Part shown: positions 9,838 through 18,543 of the stretch, piece after piece
How the letters are laid out: the number at the start of each line of letters is the position of its first letter
Position numbering within the stretch: position 1 is the stretch's first letter
Origin: Candidatus Woesearchaeota archaeon
GTDB lineage: Archaea; Nanobdellota; Nanobdellia; Woesearchaeales; DSVV01
Assembly: GCA_018657385.1 (NCBI GenBank)
Contig: JABHXF010000034.1
Location: 8,081 to 72,080, forward strand
Reading direction: 5' to 3'
DNA: 64,000 bases
Position numbers and translations under genes: made by a program
Notes under the pieces: model-generated
Told to the model about the DNA's origin: nothing
What the model saw: the letters and a program-made list of their open reading frames with translations, nothing else
Database searches by the model: none

Positions 9838-9975
9838 TTATCTTGCCTTAACTTTTGTAATTGTAGTTCTTGGCTTAAATAACATTTTACTACCACAATA
9901 AGGACATCTAATTTTTTTACGATGATATTCTTCTGAAACTTTTTTGTTACATTCAAAACATTTGTATTCAACCAT
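9838..9975 (-). CDS. rpo12: RNA polymerase subunit Rpo12 (P)
   Basis: Below the ORF-track cutoff; MVEYKCFECNKKVSEEYHRKKIRCPYCGSKMLFKPRTTITKVKAR zinc ribbon. Confidence 0.93.
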   Translation of the reverse strand: MVEYKCFECNKKVSEEYHRKKIRCPYCGSKMLFKPRTTITKVKAR

Positions 9976-9986
9976 TGAAATGCCCC

Positions 9987-10502
9987 CTAAGATTGTAATT
10001 CATCAGATTCTTCTTCAGTATCTTCTGATTGTTCTTCTGCTGTTTCAGGTTCTTCTTTTGTTTCATCTTGATCTTCTTCAGCAGCTGATTCATCAACATC
10101 TTCTTCATCAGATTCAGTTGTTTCATCAGATTCAGTATCTTCTGATTCAGTAGTATCTTCTTGTTCTTCTTCTGATTTAAGCTCTTGGCCCTTTTCAGGA
10201 ACAACTGTTTGAGCTTCCATCTCTTCTTCTAAATCAAAATCATCTTCTATGATCATTTTTTCTTCAGTAGCATCAACTTTTCTCTTTGTCTTGCTAAGTG
10301 TATAAGCTTTACCTGTGAATTTTTTATCACACTTTCTACATTGCCAGATACCAGCAGATTCCCTTTTAACTTTAACATTCTTACAAAAAGGACATTTATG
10401 TAATGCTCTTTGAATTTGCTCGATCTTTCCGAACATTTTCTTTGGAGTTCTACCATATCTTGAACCAAACCTTCTTATTGATTTTAATTTTGCTTCTGCC
10501 AT
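9987..10502 (-). CDS. rpl37ae: Ribosomal protein eL43 (L37Ae) with long acidic C-terminal extension
   Basis: RFGSRYG, CPFC...VKRESAGIWQCRKC..KFTGKAY; then about 90 Glu/Asp-rich residues. Confidence 0.93.
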   Translation of the reverse strand: MAEAKLKSIRRFGSRYGRTPKKMFGKIEQIQRALHKCPFCKNVKVKRESAGIWQCRKCDKKFTGKAYTLSKTKRKVDATEEKMIIEDDFDLEEEMEAQTVVPEKGQELKSEEEQEDTTESEDTESDETTESDEEDVDESAAEEDQDETKEEPETAEEQSEDTEEESDELQS

Positions 10503-10536
10503 TTTAATACCTTTAATTATTATATTTTATTATGAA

Positions 10537-10640
10537 TGGGGCTGCCCAGATTTGAACTGGGGTCCTCTGGCATCTTTGAGCAATGCAGATGCAAAGCCCT
10601 CCCAAACCAGAAAGGATAGACCAAACTACCCCACAGCCCC
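10537..10640 (-). tRNA. tRNA-Pro(TGG) with about 29-nt intron (10572-10600)
   Basis: GGGGCTG/CAGCCCC acceptor stem, TCTGG/CCAGA anticodon stem, TGG at 10604-10602, CCCAG-TTCAAAT-CTGGG T arm; CCA not encoded. Confidence 0.92.
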
Positions 10641-10779
10641 TTTGGAGTAGGAAGCTATTTATAAATATAATGGTTTAATTAGAGATTTATGATAGCTTTA
10701 TAAATGTTTTGGATATATTTGATTAAAGAAAGAGTTTTATTATAAATATGAGTAGATGAGATAATTATAGACAAAATCA

Positions 10780-11451
10780 TTAATTTTGGACATACCTTGG
10801 TACAGGTAAAGCAGGCCTAAACATTTCCAATACATCATTTTTAAGAGTGGGTACGGAATATTGGTGATTTATAGATAATTCTTCAATAGATCTTGCAAAA
10901 GGATATTCTTTTCCTTGAATTAAATCTACAAGAGATTCTGCTAAAATGTAACCATTATCTTGAGGCAAACCATCAATATCTTTTGCTAAAGGATGGTCTT
11001 GATATTGAGCCAAGTTACCTTTAAATTCTTCAGGATCTATAACTGACTTATCGGGAAAACCATATATAGAGATCTGGCTTGTTGAAACTACAATTAGTCC
11101 TTCACTAAGTTCTCTTAGTTTGTAAGCAACATTTTGGATAGTTGGATTAATATTGTCATCATTAATCTCATCAAAAGCCCTATATAAAGCATCAACCACT
11201 TGAGATCTGTGCTCATCTAACACCAAAGTATAGTCTAATAAGAAACCTGCTGCTATTTTCTTCCAATCTGGTTCAGAACTTGCTTGTAATCTATTATAAT
11301 GTATGTCAAAAGAAGGATTACCAAATATAGTTGGACCAGCAAATAAACAGACTAAACCAACCCCCCATGCAGAAGCATTTCCAACTTCATGTAATTCATA
11401 TTCATCCGAATCTTTTGGATAATGATATAATTGTACACTACTCATAGACAA
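10780..11451 (-). CDS. Hypothetical protein
   Basis: 223 aa ORF with protein-like composition; no family recognised. Confidence 0.65.
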   Translation of the reverse strand: MSMSSVQLYHYPKDSDEYELHEVGNASAWGVGLVCLFAGPTIFGNPSFDIHYNRLQASSEPDWKKIAAGFLLDYTLVLDEHRSQVVDALYRAFDEINDDNINPTIQNVAYKLRELSEGLIVVSTSQISIYGFPDKSVIDPEEFKGNLAQYQDHPLAKDIDGLPQDNGYILAESLVDLIQGKEYPFARSIEELSINHQYSVPTLKNDVLEMFRPALPVPRYVQN

Positions 11452-11511
11452 AAAGTAATTAAGACAAATTTATAAATTTATATATAGTAAAAACATTAAG
11501 AGACAAATTAT

Positions 11512-11670
11512 TTACTTGATTACTCCTGCTGAAGCAATAACTTTTAGAATTTCGTTTATTCCATCAAAATGTAATCCATTAGAAATATACCATCCTTCTT
11601 TTCTGGCAATATCTAATGCTTCCGAATAGGCATTTCCTAAAACATATTTTCTTCCTGTGTGATTTAACAT
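11512..11670 (-). pseudogene. Possible C-terminal fragment of a Cof-like HAD hydrolase
   Basis: 52-aa ORF MLNHTGRKYVLGNAYSEALDIARKEGWYISNGLHFDGINEIL resembles the HAD-IIB tail; catalytic N-terminus absent. Confidence 0.35.
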
Positions 11671-11691
11671 ATATAAAGAAAGGAGATTGTA

Positions 11692-12096
11692 TTAACTATA
11701 CCATTTATGATTTTTATATTTAATAATTAGTTTCTTAAAAATATTTAAATCAATATCATCTAATTTATTAATGTACAAACACCCTTTTCCGGATTTTATT
11801 TTGCCAAGTTTTTTTATCAAAGGTTCATTTTCCAAATAACATGTTAAATATATAGAAATATTAGCTTTTCTTGGAGCAACCCCGATATTAAACCATTCTA
11901 ATTCTTCTTTGCTATTTTTCCTGTTATACTTATATTTACCAAAACCTATAATAGTTCCCCACAGTTTAGGTTGTTTGCCAGTGATTTTCTTGATCAAAGA
12001 AATTATTGCTTTTGTATCTTTTTTTTTAGATTCATCACTAATAGAATTAACAAATTCTGTAACACTTTTTTTTGTTTCAATAGTTTTTAATACCAT
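11692..12096 (-). CDS. DUF1801 (YdhG-like) protein
   Basis: PKLWGTIIGFGKYKY, PRKANISIY, LGKIKSGKGCLYINKLDDID. Confidence 0.88.
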   Translation of the reverse strand: MVLKTIETKKSVTEFVNSISDESKKKDTKAIISLIKKITGKQPKLWGTIIGFGKYKYNRKNSKEELEWFNIGVAPRKANISIYLTCYLENEPLIKKLGKIKSGKGCLYINKLDDIDLNIFKKLIIKYKNHKWYS

Positions 12097-12338
12097 TATT
12101 CTTCAGCCAATTCATCAAATTCTTTTCTCTTTTCTTCTACCCATATTTGCATTTCTTGAGGATCTTGCATTTTTTCTTTCATAACCTGCATTGCTTGCAG
12201 ATGATTTTGGTCTTGCTTTTGAAACATTTCTTTACCATGTTGCATGCTCATCTCCTTGATTTCTTCAAATGTTTCAGCACGAAATTCTTTATCACAAGTT
12301 TCAGGACCACCAAGTTGTTTACAAGTCATTTTTTTCAT
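12096..12338 (-). CDS. DUF1059-like small metal-binding protein
   Basis: MTCKQLGGPETCDKEFRAETFEE...HG motif. Confidence 0.8.
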   Translation of the reverse strand: MKKMTCKQLGGPETCDKEFRAETFEEIKEMSMQHGKEMFQKQDQNHLQAMQVMKEKMQDPQEMQIWVEEKRKEFDELAEE

Positions 12339-12565
12339 TTTTTATCCCACTCTCCTTTAAACCAATCCCACCATTTTTGCTTGTCTTCTTTGCTAGATTT
12401 CGCCATTTGCTCCCTTAATGATTTGTGGGCTTCATCAGTAGAACTCATAATGTGTTGACCACCTTTTTCTCCAACTTCTTTATATGTTTCGCCTTCAAAT
12501 ATTTCGTCACAAGGACCGCCCATTTCTTTGCATGTGAATTTTTTCATTTTAAATACCTCCATCAT
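12335..12565 (-). CDS. DUF1059-like small metal-binding protein (paralog)
   Basis: FTCKEMGGPCDEIFEGETYKE...H motif. Confidence 0.8.
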   Translation of the reverse strand: MMEVFKMKKFTCKEMGGPCDEIFEGETYKEVGEKGGQHIMSSTDEAHKSLREQMAKSSKEDKQKWWDWFKGEWDKK

Positions 12566-12707
12566 TAATACTATAGGTATTTGATTTATATAAATGTTAG
12601 TCCTTTAAGATATAAGTATTATAGAAAATGACTATTTGAATTTTTGTAGATTATATCAAAAATTCAATTACTCTTAATTCCAATGTTAAATCAAATAATT
12701 AAAATGA

Positions 12708-12857
12708 TTATTTTAACACACCAGTAAGATATAATATTAATGAAAAAATAATTAGAAATAAAGCAATACTTAATGGCAAGATTGCTTTTTTATATCTTTT
12801 TATTATTTCTTCTTTGGGAACATTAGAATTTCCAACAAGTAATTTTGACCAATCCAT
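12708..12857 (-). CDS. Small membrane protein (49 aa)
   Basis: Manually read MDWSKLLVGNSNVPKEEIIKRYKKAILPLSIALFLIIFSLILYLTGVLK; TATA-like TTTATATA upstream. Confidence 0.4.
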   Translation of the reverse strand: MDWSKLLVGNSNVPKEEIIKRYKKAILPLSIALFLIIFSLILYLTGVLK

Positions 12858-12956
12858 AATCTATAAGCTTATGTTCATAATATATAAATATTCCTCATTG
12901 TTACAACACATTTAATTGTGGTTTGATTAAATTTCAGCGTTAATTGCATAGAATAA

Positions 12957-13850
12957 TCACTTTGTCAGCACAATTCCTTCATCCCATACTAATATTGTAT
13001 GTTCATGTTGACTTACCATGCCATCATTTACTTCAGGAAGAGGGGCATATTGCTGAATATTATTATTAAGTAAAAGTTGTCTTAAAGCTAATTTAACCCT
13101 ATTTAATGGAAATAATTTAACTAAATCCCTTGTTGAAAACGGCAATCCATTAAATTTCTTGATTTCTTCAAAAATCTTTCTTGCAAACATATCCCTAATA
13201 GGTTTATCTTGCTCTTGCATAAAAATATTAGCATGGCTTCCTTCTTTTATTCTTCCTGCCCCATCAGTTGCAAAAGGTTCAATAGCTATAATCATACCTT
13301 TCTCAAGTTGAGTTGTATCATTATTATCATAATTAGGTATAGATGGACTAGTATGAATTTCATATAAATCTAAACCATGGCCAGATAAATTTCTAATAGG
13401 TTGAAAACCATAGCTAGTAATAGTATCTTCAATTACTTTTCCTATTTCACAAAGCATTACACCAGGTTTGATAATTTTAATTGCATTTTCAACTGCTTTT
13501 TTGCTTGCTTCAACTAATTTATCATGTTTTCCAGATAAATCAAAAGTATAAGCAGTATCACCAACAGCTCCATTAAAACAAACACCAACATCAACTTTCA
13601 ATAGTTGTTTATCAAGAATTGTTTCATCTTCTGGAGTTGGAGTATAGTGGGCTGCGAAATTATCTGAGCTAAGATTAATTGGGAATGCTGGTGTTGCTCC
13701 AAGTTCTCTGATTTTATTTTCTATTTTTTCTCCAATTCCTAATAACTTAGCACCTGGTTTTATTATTGTTTTTGAATACTCTCTAACTTCACTTGCAATT
13801 TTACCTGCTTTAATCCAATCAGCATATTTAGTTTTTATTTCATCATTCAT
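12957..13850 (-). CDS. map: Methionine aminopeptidase type II
   Basis: AFPINLS..AAHYTP, KVDVG, GDTAYT, NLSGHGL, AIEPFAT, SQHEHT. Confidence 0.96.
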   Translation of the reverse strand: MNDEIKTKYADWIKAGKIASEVREYSKTIIKPGAKLLGIGEKIENKIRELGATPAFPINLSSDNFAAHYTPTPEDETILDKQLLKVDVGVCFNGAVGDTAYTFDLSGKHDKLVEASKKAVENAIKIIKPGVMLCEIGKVIEDTITSYGFQPIRNLSGHGLDLYEIHTSPSIPNYDNNDTTQLEKGMIIAIEPFATDGAGRIKEGSHANIFMQEQDKPIRDMFARKIFEEIKKFNGLPFSTRDLVKLFPLNRVKLALRQLLLNNNIQQYAPLPEVNDGMVSQHEHTILVWDEGIVLTK

Positions 13851-13867
13851 TTTTTGTTCACCATAAT

Positions 13868-14021
13868 TTATTGCGATAAAATCACCCCCTTGGCCAGTGG
13901 AGCTTACCTGACCTGATTAAAGGAAAATTGATTCATAAGGTCAGGTACCTTGATATCTTACGAATTAAAATGCAAGCTCCACAAAGACAAGGCCTTGGCG
14001 GCGATGATTTTATCATTAATA
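13868..14021 (-). ncRNA. Candidate structured RNA between rel and map
   Basis: Nested stems TGATAAAATCATC/GGTGATTTTATCG, CCTTG/CAAGG, GTGGAGCTT/AAGCTCCAC, TACCTGACCT/AGGTCAGGTA; GC-richer than surroundings. Confidence 0.5.
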
Positions 14022-14028
14022 ATATTTA

Positions 14029-15927
14029 TTATTTTGACTTTACTACATGAATAATCTCTTCCATCTTTTTAATTTCATTAATAACATCTTTTAATTTTAA
14101 TTCACTATCAACTTCAACACTTAATGTTGTTACAACTGATTCTTTTTTTGGTTTAGTATTTATATTTTTAAGATTTAGTTTGTATTCTGCAATTAAGTTT
14201 AAAACTTTTGCTAATGTTCCAACCTTATCCACCATAGTTAAAGCTAATTTTATAATAGGAAGTCTGTTTTCATCTTTCCATAAAACAGTTATTTCTTTTT
14301 TTGAATCCAAGGTATGAATATTAGGACAATCTTTTTTGTGAATAGTAATTTTCTTATCTTTAGTTAAAAACCCAACAATAGGATCTAACAATTTAGGAGA
14401 ACAACATTTAGATAGTTTAACAGGAGCTTTTTTACCAACAACATCAATTCGTTTTAAAATATCAATAGGCATTAATTCAATATCATCTTTTTTCTCGTGC
14501 TCAATTGTCATCCCCAATACTGATTTAATTTTACTTCTTGCTTTATTTGTTTTAACAAACTTTAACCATTGTCGAGAAGGTTTTGCATTTTTATTAATCA
14601 TAATTTCAATAATATCTCCTGATTCAAGTTTTGTTTCTAAAGGAACAATTTTATTATTGATTAATGCTTTTGAACATTTATTACCAATATTAGTATGAAC
14701 CATATATGCAAAATCAACAGTAGTAGAATCTTTTGGCAAAGTTATGGGGTCACCCTTTGGAGTAAACACAACCATCTCATCCTCAAATAAATCAATCTTT
14801 AATGTTTCAATAAATTCTGAAGACGTGCTTGCTAAATTACGCCACTCTAACATTTGTTTTAACCAAGAAATCTTTTTATCAAACAGTTGGTCCCTTTCTG
14901 TTCCTTGATAACGCCAATGAGCAGCAACACCATCTTCAGCCATGTGATGCATTTTTTCAGTTCTTATTTGGAACTCTAAAATCTTGCCACCCTCTGTTAT
15001 AACAGTCGTATGTAAACTTTGATAGCCATTTGATTTTGGTACAGAAATATAATCTTTAAATCGATGAGGAATAGGCTTATACATGTCATGAACTAAACCA
15101 ATAGCAGTATAACAATCAGGAATTGTTTTTGTAATAATTCTAACTGCAATTAAATCATAGATCTCATTAAAACCTACATTCTTTTTTTTCATTTTTTTGT
15201 AAATACTATAGAAATATTTTGCTCTTCCAGAAACTTTTGATTTTACATTCTTACTTTTTAATTGTTTTTTAATTTCTTTGATAATTTCAGCAGTATGTTT
15301 TTCTCTTTCATCTCTTTTTTCATCAATTTTGCTAGCTAAGAAACGATAAATTTCAGGTTCAAGATAACGTAAAGATAAATCTTCAAATTCTCCTTTTACA
15401 CTCCATATACCTAATTTATGGGCAATTGGTGCGTATATTTCCAAGGTTTGTTTTGCGATTCTTTTTTGTTTATCTACTGGAAGATATTTTAAAGTTCTTA
15501 TATTATGTAAACGATCTGCAAGTTTAATTAACATTACCCTCAGATCTTTAGCAGTTGCTAATAGTATTTTTCTTAAATTTTCATGAGTATAATCTTCTCT
15601 GCTACCAAAATGGATTTTATCAATTTTAGTAACACCTTCAACTAACCCAGCAATTTCATCTCCAAAAATTTGCTTTACTTTTTCAATCTTAATTTCAGTA
15701 TCTTCTACAATATCATGTAATAAAGCAGCACAGATAGATGCAGAATCTGCTTTTAAGCTTATCAAAATCTTGGCAACTTCAATAGGATGAGAGAAATATT
15801 CTTCACCACCAACTCTTTTTTGGCCTTTATGTGCCTTTTCTGCTAACACATAGGCTTTTTTGATTAGAGCTACATCTGCCTTAGGATTATATTTTAATAT
15901 TACTTTAACTAATTCTGATAATCTCAT
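14029..15927 (-). CDS. rel: Long RelA/SpoT homolog, bifunctional (p)ppGpp synthetase/hydrolase
   Basis: HD domain (HKGQKR, HP, LHDIVED, KLADRLHN); synthetase (GRAK..YSIYKK, DLIAVR, RFKDY, NGYQSLHT, EFQIRT); TGS (VFTPKG, DFAYMVHTNIG); CCSP...HKKDC; ACT. Confidence 0.95.
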   Translation of the reverse strand: MRLSELVKVILKYNPKADVALIKKAYVLAEKAHKGQKRVGGEEYFSHPIEVAKILISLKADSASICAALLHDIVEDTEIKIEKVKQIFGDEIAGLVEGVTKIDKIHFGSREDYTHENLRKILLATAKDLRVMLIKLADRLHNIRTLKYLPVDKQKRIAKQTLEIYAPIAHKLGIWSVKGEFEDLSLRYLEPEIYRFLASKIDEKRDEREKHTAEIIKEIKKQLKSKNVKSKVSGRAKYFYSIYKKMKKKNVGFNEIYDLIAVRIITKTIPDCYTAIGLVHDMYKPIPHRFKDYISVPKSNGYQSLHTTVITEGGKILEFQIRTEKMHHMAEDGVAAHWRYQGTERDQLFDKKISWLKQMLEWRNLASTSSEFIETLKIDLFEDEMVVFTPKGDPITLPKDSTTVDFAYMVHTNIGNKCSKALINNKIVPLETKLESGDIIEIMINKNAKPSRQWLKFVKTNKARSKIKSVLGMTIEHEKKDDIELMPIDILKRIDVVGKKAPVKLSKCCSPKLLDPIVGFLTKDKKITIHKKDCPNIHTLDSKKEITVLWKDENRLPIIKLALTMVDKVGTLAKVLNLIAEYKLNLKNINTKPKKESVVTTLSVEVDSELKLKDVINEIKKMEEIIHVVKSK

Positions 15928-16116
15928 GTAAATTAAGTATAAATCCTAAGTATATAAATCTTTTCACCAAAAACTTTATAAATGAAAATCACTAGGAGAC
16001 ATAAATAGTGTATTAGATATATTACTAAGTATATTATATTTAATAAAAAAAAGAGGCAACGTGAAATCAAAATTTTCACTGGTATCTTTTTTTGTAAACA
16101 AAAAAGAGGTGTAAAC

Positions 16117-16689
16117 ATGAAATTTTCAAAAAATGCGTCACTTAATCTATCAGTTAACGCAATTGTTGTGTTTGTATTAGCATTTTCTATGTTAGGTGTT
16201 GGTTTGTATGTTACTAACTTGATTAGAGAAAATGTTGGATCTGGAATAACATCTGTAGTTAATATTCAAGATCTAAAAAGTCCACCATCAGCAGAAGACC
16301 CAATTACAGTATCAAGAGAAGTAACTTTAAAGAAAGGTAAAGAAATTAAATTAGATATTGGTTATTATAATAAAGAAACAATAGCAGCAACACATGCTAG
16401 AATAGGAATCAGCAGTTGTATTACCCCAACAGGAGAAGAATTAGAAGGGATGGAAAATGGAGGTTCTGGAGAGGACACATTATTAGTTGTATCGCCTTTT
16501 GCATCAATGGTTGGAGCAAGTGAAGGGAAAGGATATAAAATTAAAATAGCAGATCAATCTGAAGCAGGAATTTTACCAACAGGAGCTTATGTTTGTACAA
16601 TGATTGTCTTTGACCCAGAAGGTGATGATAAGGGTTCAATAGACAATCCATATGAGGAAAAACAATTTTTCCTGAACATAGTATCATAA
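16117..16689 (+). CDS. Class III signal-peptide (pilin-like) surface protein
   Basis: KNA|SLNLSVNAIVVFVLAF N-terminus followed by a beta-rich domain. Confidence 0.65.
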   Translation: MKFSKNASLNLSVNAIVVFVLAFSMLGVGLYVTNLIRENVGSGITSVVNIQDLKSPPSAEDPITVSREVTLKKGKEIKLDIGYYNKETIAATHARIGISSCITPTGEELEGMENGGSGEDTLLVVSPFASMVGASEGKGYKIKIADQSEAGILPTGAYVCTMIVFDPEGDDKGSIDNPYEEKQFFLNIVS

Positions 16690-16764
16690 AATAAAGTAGT
16701 ATTATTTTTTGTTTTTTAATTATATCAAAATAAAAAAATCAGTTAAAAAAAGAGGTGAATATTC

Positions 16765-17028
16765 ATGGCAAAAAGAAGAAAATCAGGAGCAAAAAAAGCT
16801 GGAAAATCTAAAGCTAAAAAACAACTAACAGAAGCACAAGAATTTGAGATTATGAAATTAGTATTAGACAAATTTTTATGGTTAGGATTTGCAATTATGG
16901 CAATTGGATTCTTTGTATCAGTATCTGGAGGATCATTGTTTAACGCAATAGCATATCTTGTTGCAGGAGCTTTAGTGTTAGTATTATTTATGATTTTAAT
17001 CGTCAAAGAATACGAAATCGTTAAATAA
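16765..17028 (+). CDS. Small two-TM membrane protein
   Basis: Basic N-terminus, EFEIMKLVLDKFLW, two hydrophobic helices; GAGGTGA RBS. Confidence 0.8.
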   Translation: MAKRRKSGAKKAGKSKAKKQLTEAQEFEIMKLVLDKFLWLGFAIMAIGFFVSVSGGSLFNAIAYLVAGALVLVLFMILIVKEYEIVK

Positions 17029-17051
17029 CTAAAAAAGAAAAAGGTGAAAAG

Positions 17052-17825
17052 ATGAAAAAGTTTTTTATATTTTTTATTATTATATTATTATGTTTCTTAG
17101 TAGGTTGTGGAGAAAAAGAATGCAAAAAAGATGAAGATTGCACAGCAATGAGTTGTTTTAGTGTAGCATGTGAAGAAAACCAATGTCTGAAAACACCACA
17201 ACCTGGTTGTTGTGGAAATCTAATGTGTGAAGATGATGAAAATTCATGCAGTTGTTCTAAAGATTGTAAAAAACCTAAGTGTGAAGGGAAAGTGGTAACT
17301 AAACAATCTGGAAGTAAAAAATATTATGCACAATATTTAGAATATATGTGTGTTGAAGATATTTGTATGCGAACTTTTGATGAAAGCGTTGTAAATAAAA
17401 TCCCTTTATTAAGTGAAAAGAAAGTTAACAACATGGATCTTGAGATTGGTGCAACATTTAATAAACCATTTGATTTAAGCAAAGATAAAATAATGGTTAC
17501 TATTACATTAAAAGACTTTGATGATAGTAAAGTTAAAATGCCATTTAAAATCAAAAAAATAAAAGTTATGAGTGGAGACATATTATATGGAGATATTAAT
17601 GTTAATAAAGAATTATTACAAGTTGGCTCTGGAATAAAAGAGTTTGTACAATTAACATTTAAACCTGAAGAATTAGAAAAAGAACAAAAACTAGAACTTA
17701 GAATTGATTATGAAGTAACTAAAGTAAATAATAAAGGAGATGAATTACTAAGAGATGATTTTAGTGAAACATTTTCACAAAAATTATTTTTAATTAATAC
17801 TGGATTGGCAGAACTAGAAGAGTAA
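17052..17825 (+). CDS. Putative lipoprotein with Cys-rich N-terminal module
   Basis: Signal peptide ending LVGC; CCGNLMCEDDENSCSCSKDC repeat module. Confidence 0.75.
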   Translation: MKKFFIFFIIILLCFLVGCGEKECKKDEDCTAMSCFSVACEENQCLKTPQPGCCGNLMCEDDENSCSCSKDCKKPKCEGKVVTKQSGSKKYYAQYLEYMCVEDICMRTFDESVVNKIPLLSEKKVNNMDLEIGATFNKPFDLSKDKIMVTITLKDFDDSKVKMPFKIKKIKVMSGDILYGDINVNKELLQVGSGIKEFVQLTFKPEELEKEQKLELRIDYEVTKVNNKGDELLRDDFSETFSQKLFLINTGLAELEE

Positions 17826-17895
17826 ATGTACTTATATATTAGGTACAAATGCATCGATTATATTGAAAAAACAGAAATCATGTGAAACACAAAAG

Positions 17896-18534
17896 ATGGC
17901 TAAAAGAATATACAAAAACAAAAAAGGTTTTGAGCTTAGTATTAATTTCATTGTTATGGTCATATTATCTTTAGTTATGTTGGGTGTTGGTTTTTTCTTT
18001 GCCAAGAATATTTTCTTTCATACAACAGAAATTGGAGAGCAATTGGATTATCAAACCAAACAACAGCTTGAATCAAAACTAAGAGATCCGTCTGCATTAG
18101 TGGCAATTGGAGTTAACAAAAAGTTAATTAAAAGAAACAATCAGGAAACATTTGGAGTAGGAGTTGCCAATAGAGATAAAGAAGAAGGATATTTTTTTCT
18201 AGAAGTTGAATGTAAAATTGCACAAATAAAAGATGAGAATGGTGATGAAACAAAAGATACTACTAGCTGCCCTGGTGACACAGAAAAATTTTGCTGTAAT
18301 GAATGGATTCAAAGTAAAATTTCAGGAAATAAACATGAAATAGATATTGGTGTATTAGAACCAAATGAATTTGAAGTAGCAACTGCATTCTTTAACATTC
18401 ATAAAAAAGCAGAACCAGGAGAATATGTTTATAATGTCCAAGTTAGAAGAAAAAAAGTAGGTAATAGTGGAACTGGTATTGGACAACCAACCAATTATGA
18501 TTCTGTGAAAAAGATATATGTTACTATACCTTAA
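17896..18534 (+). CDS. Class III signal-peptide (pilin-like) surface protein
   Basis: KKG|FELSINFIVMVILSL motif; similar layout to 16117..16689; ATG 17896 preferred over TTG 17863. Confidence 0.7.
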   Translation: MAKRIYKNKKGFELSINFIVMVILSLVMLGVGFFFAKNIFFHTTEIGEQLDYQTKQQLESKLRDPSALVAIGVNKKLIKRNNQETFGVGVANRDKEEGYFFLEVECKIAQIKDENGDETKDTTSCPGDTEKFCCNEWIQSKISGNKHEIDIGVLEPNEFEVATAFFNIHKKAEPGEYVYNVQVRRKKVGNSGTGIGQPTNYDSVKKIYVTIP

Positions 18535-18543
18535 TTTAATTTG

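Noticed and set aside
9944-10468. Overlapping ORFs 9944..10153, 9968..10204 and 10253..10468
   Set aside because: Alternative-frame or antisense reads of the eL43 gene and its low-complexity tail.
10537-12900. Provirus or integrative element at tRNA-Pro
   Set aside because: Accessory genes lie on the 5' side of the tRNA; no integrase and no duplicated tRNA 3' end found.
13868-14021. SRP RNA or RNase P RNA
   Set aside because: Lacks the SRP helix-8 motif and the RNase P GAGGAAAGUCC-type conserved regions; too short for the usual archaeal forms.
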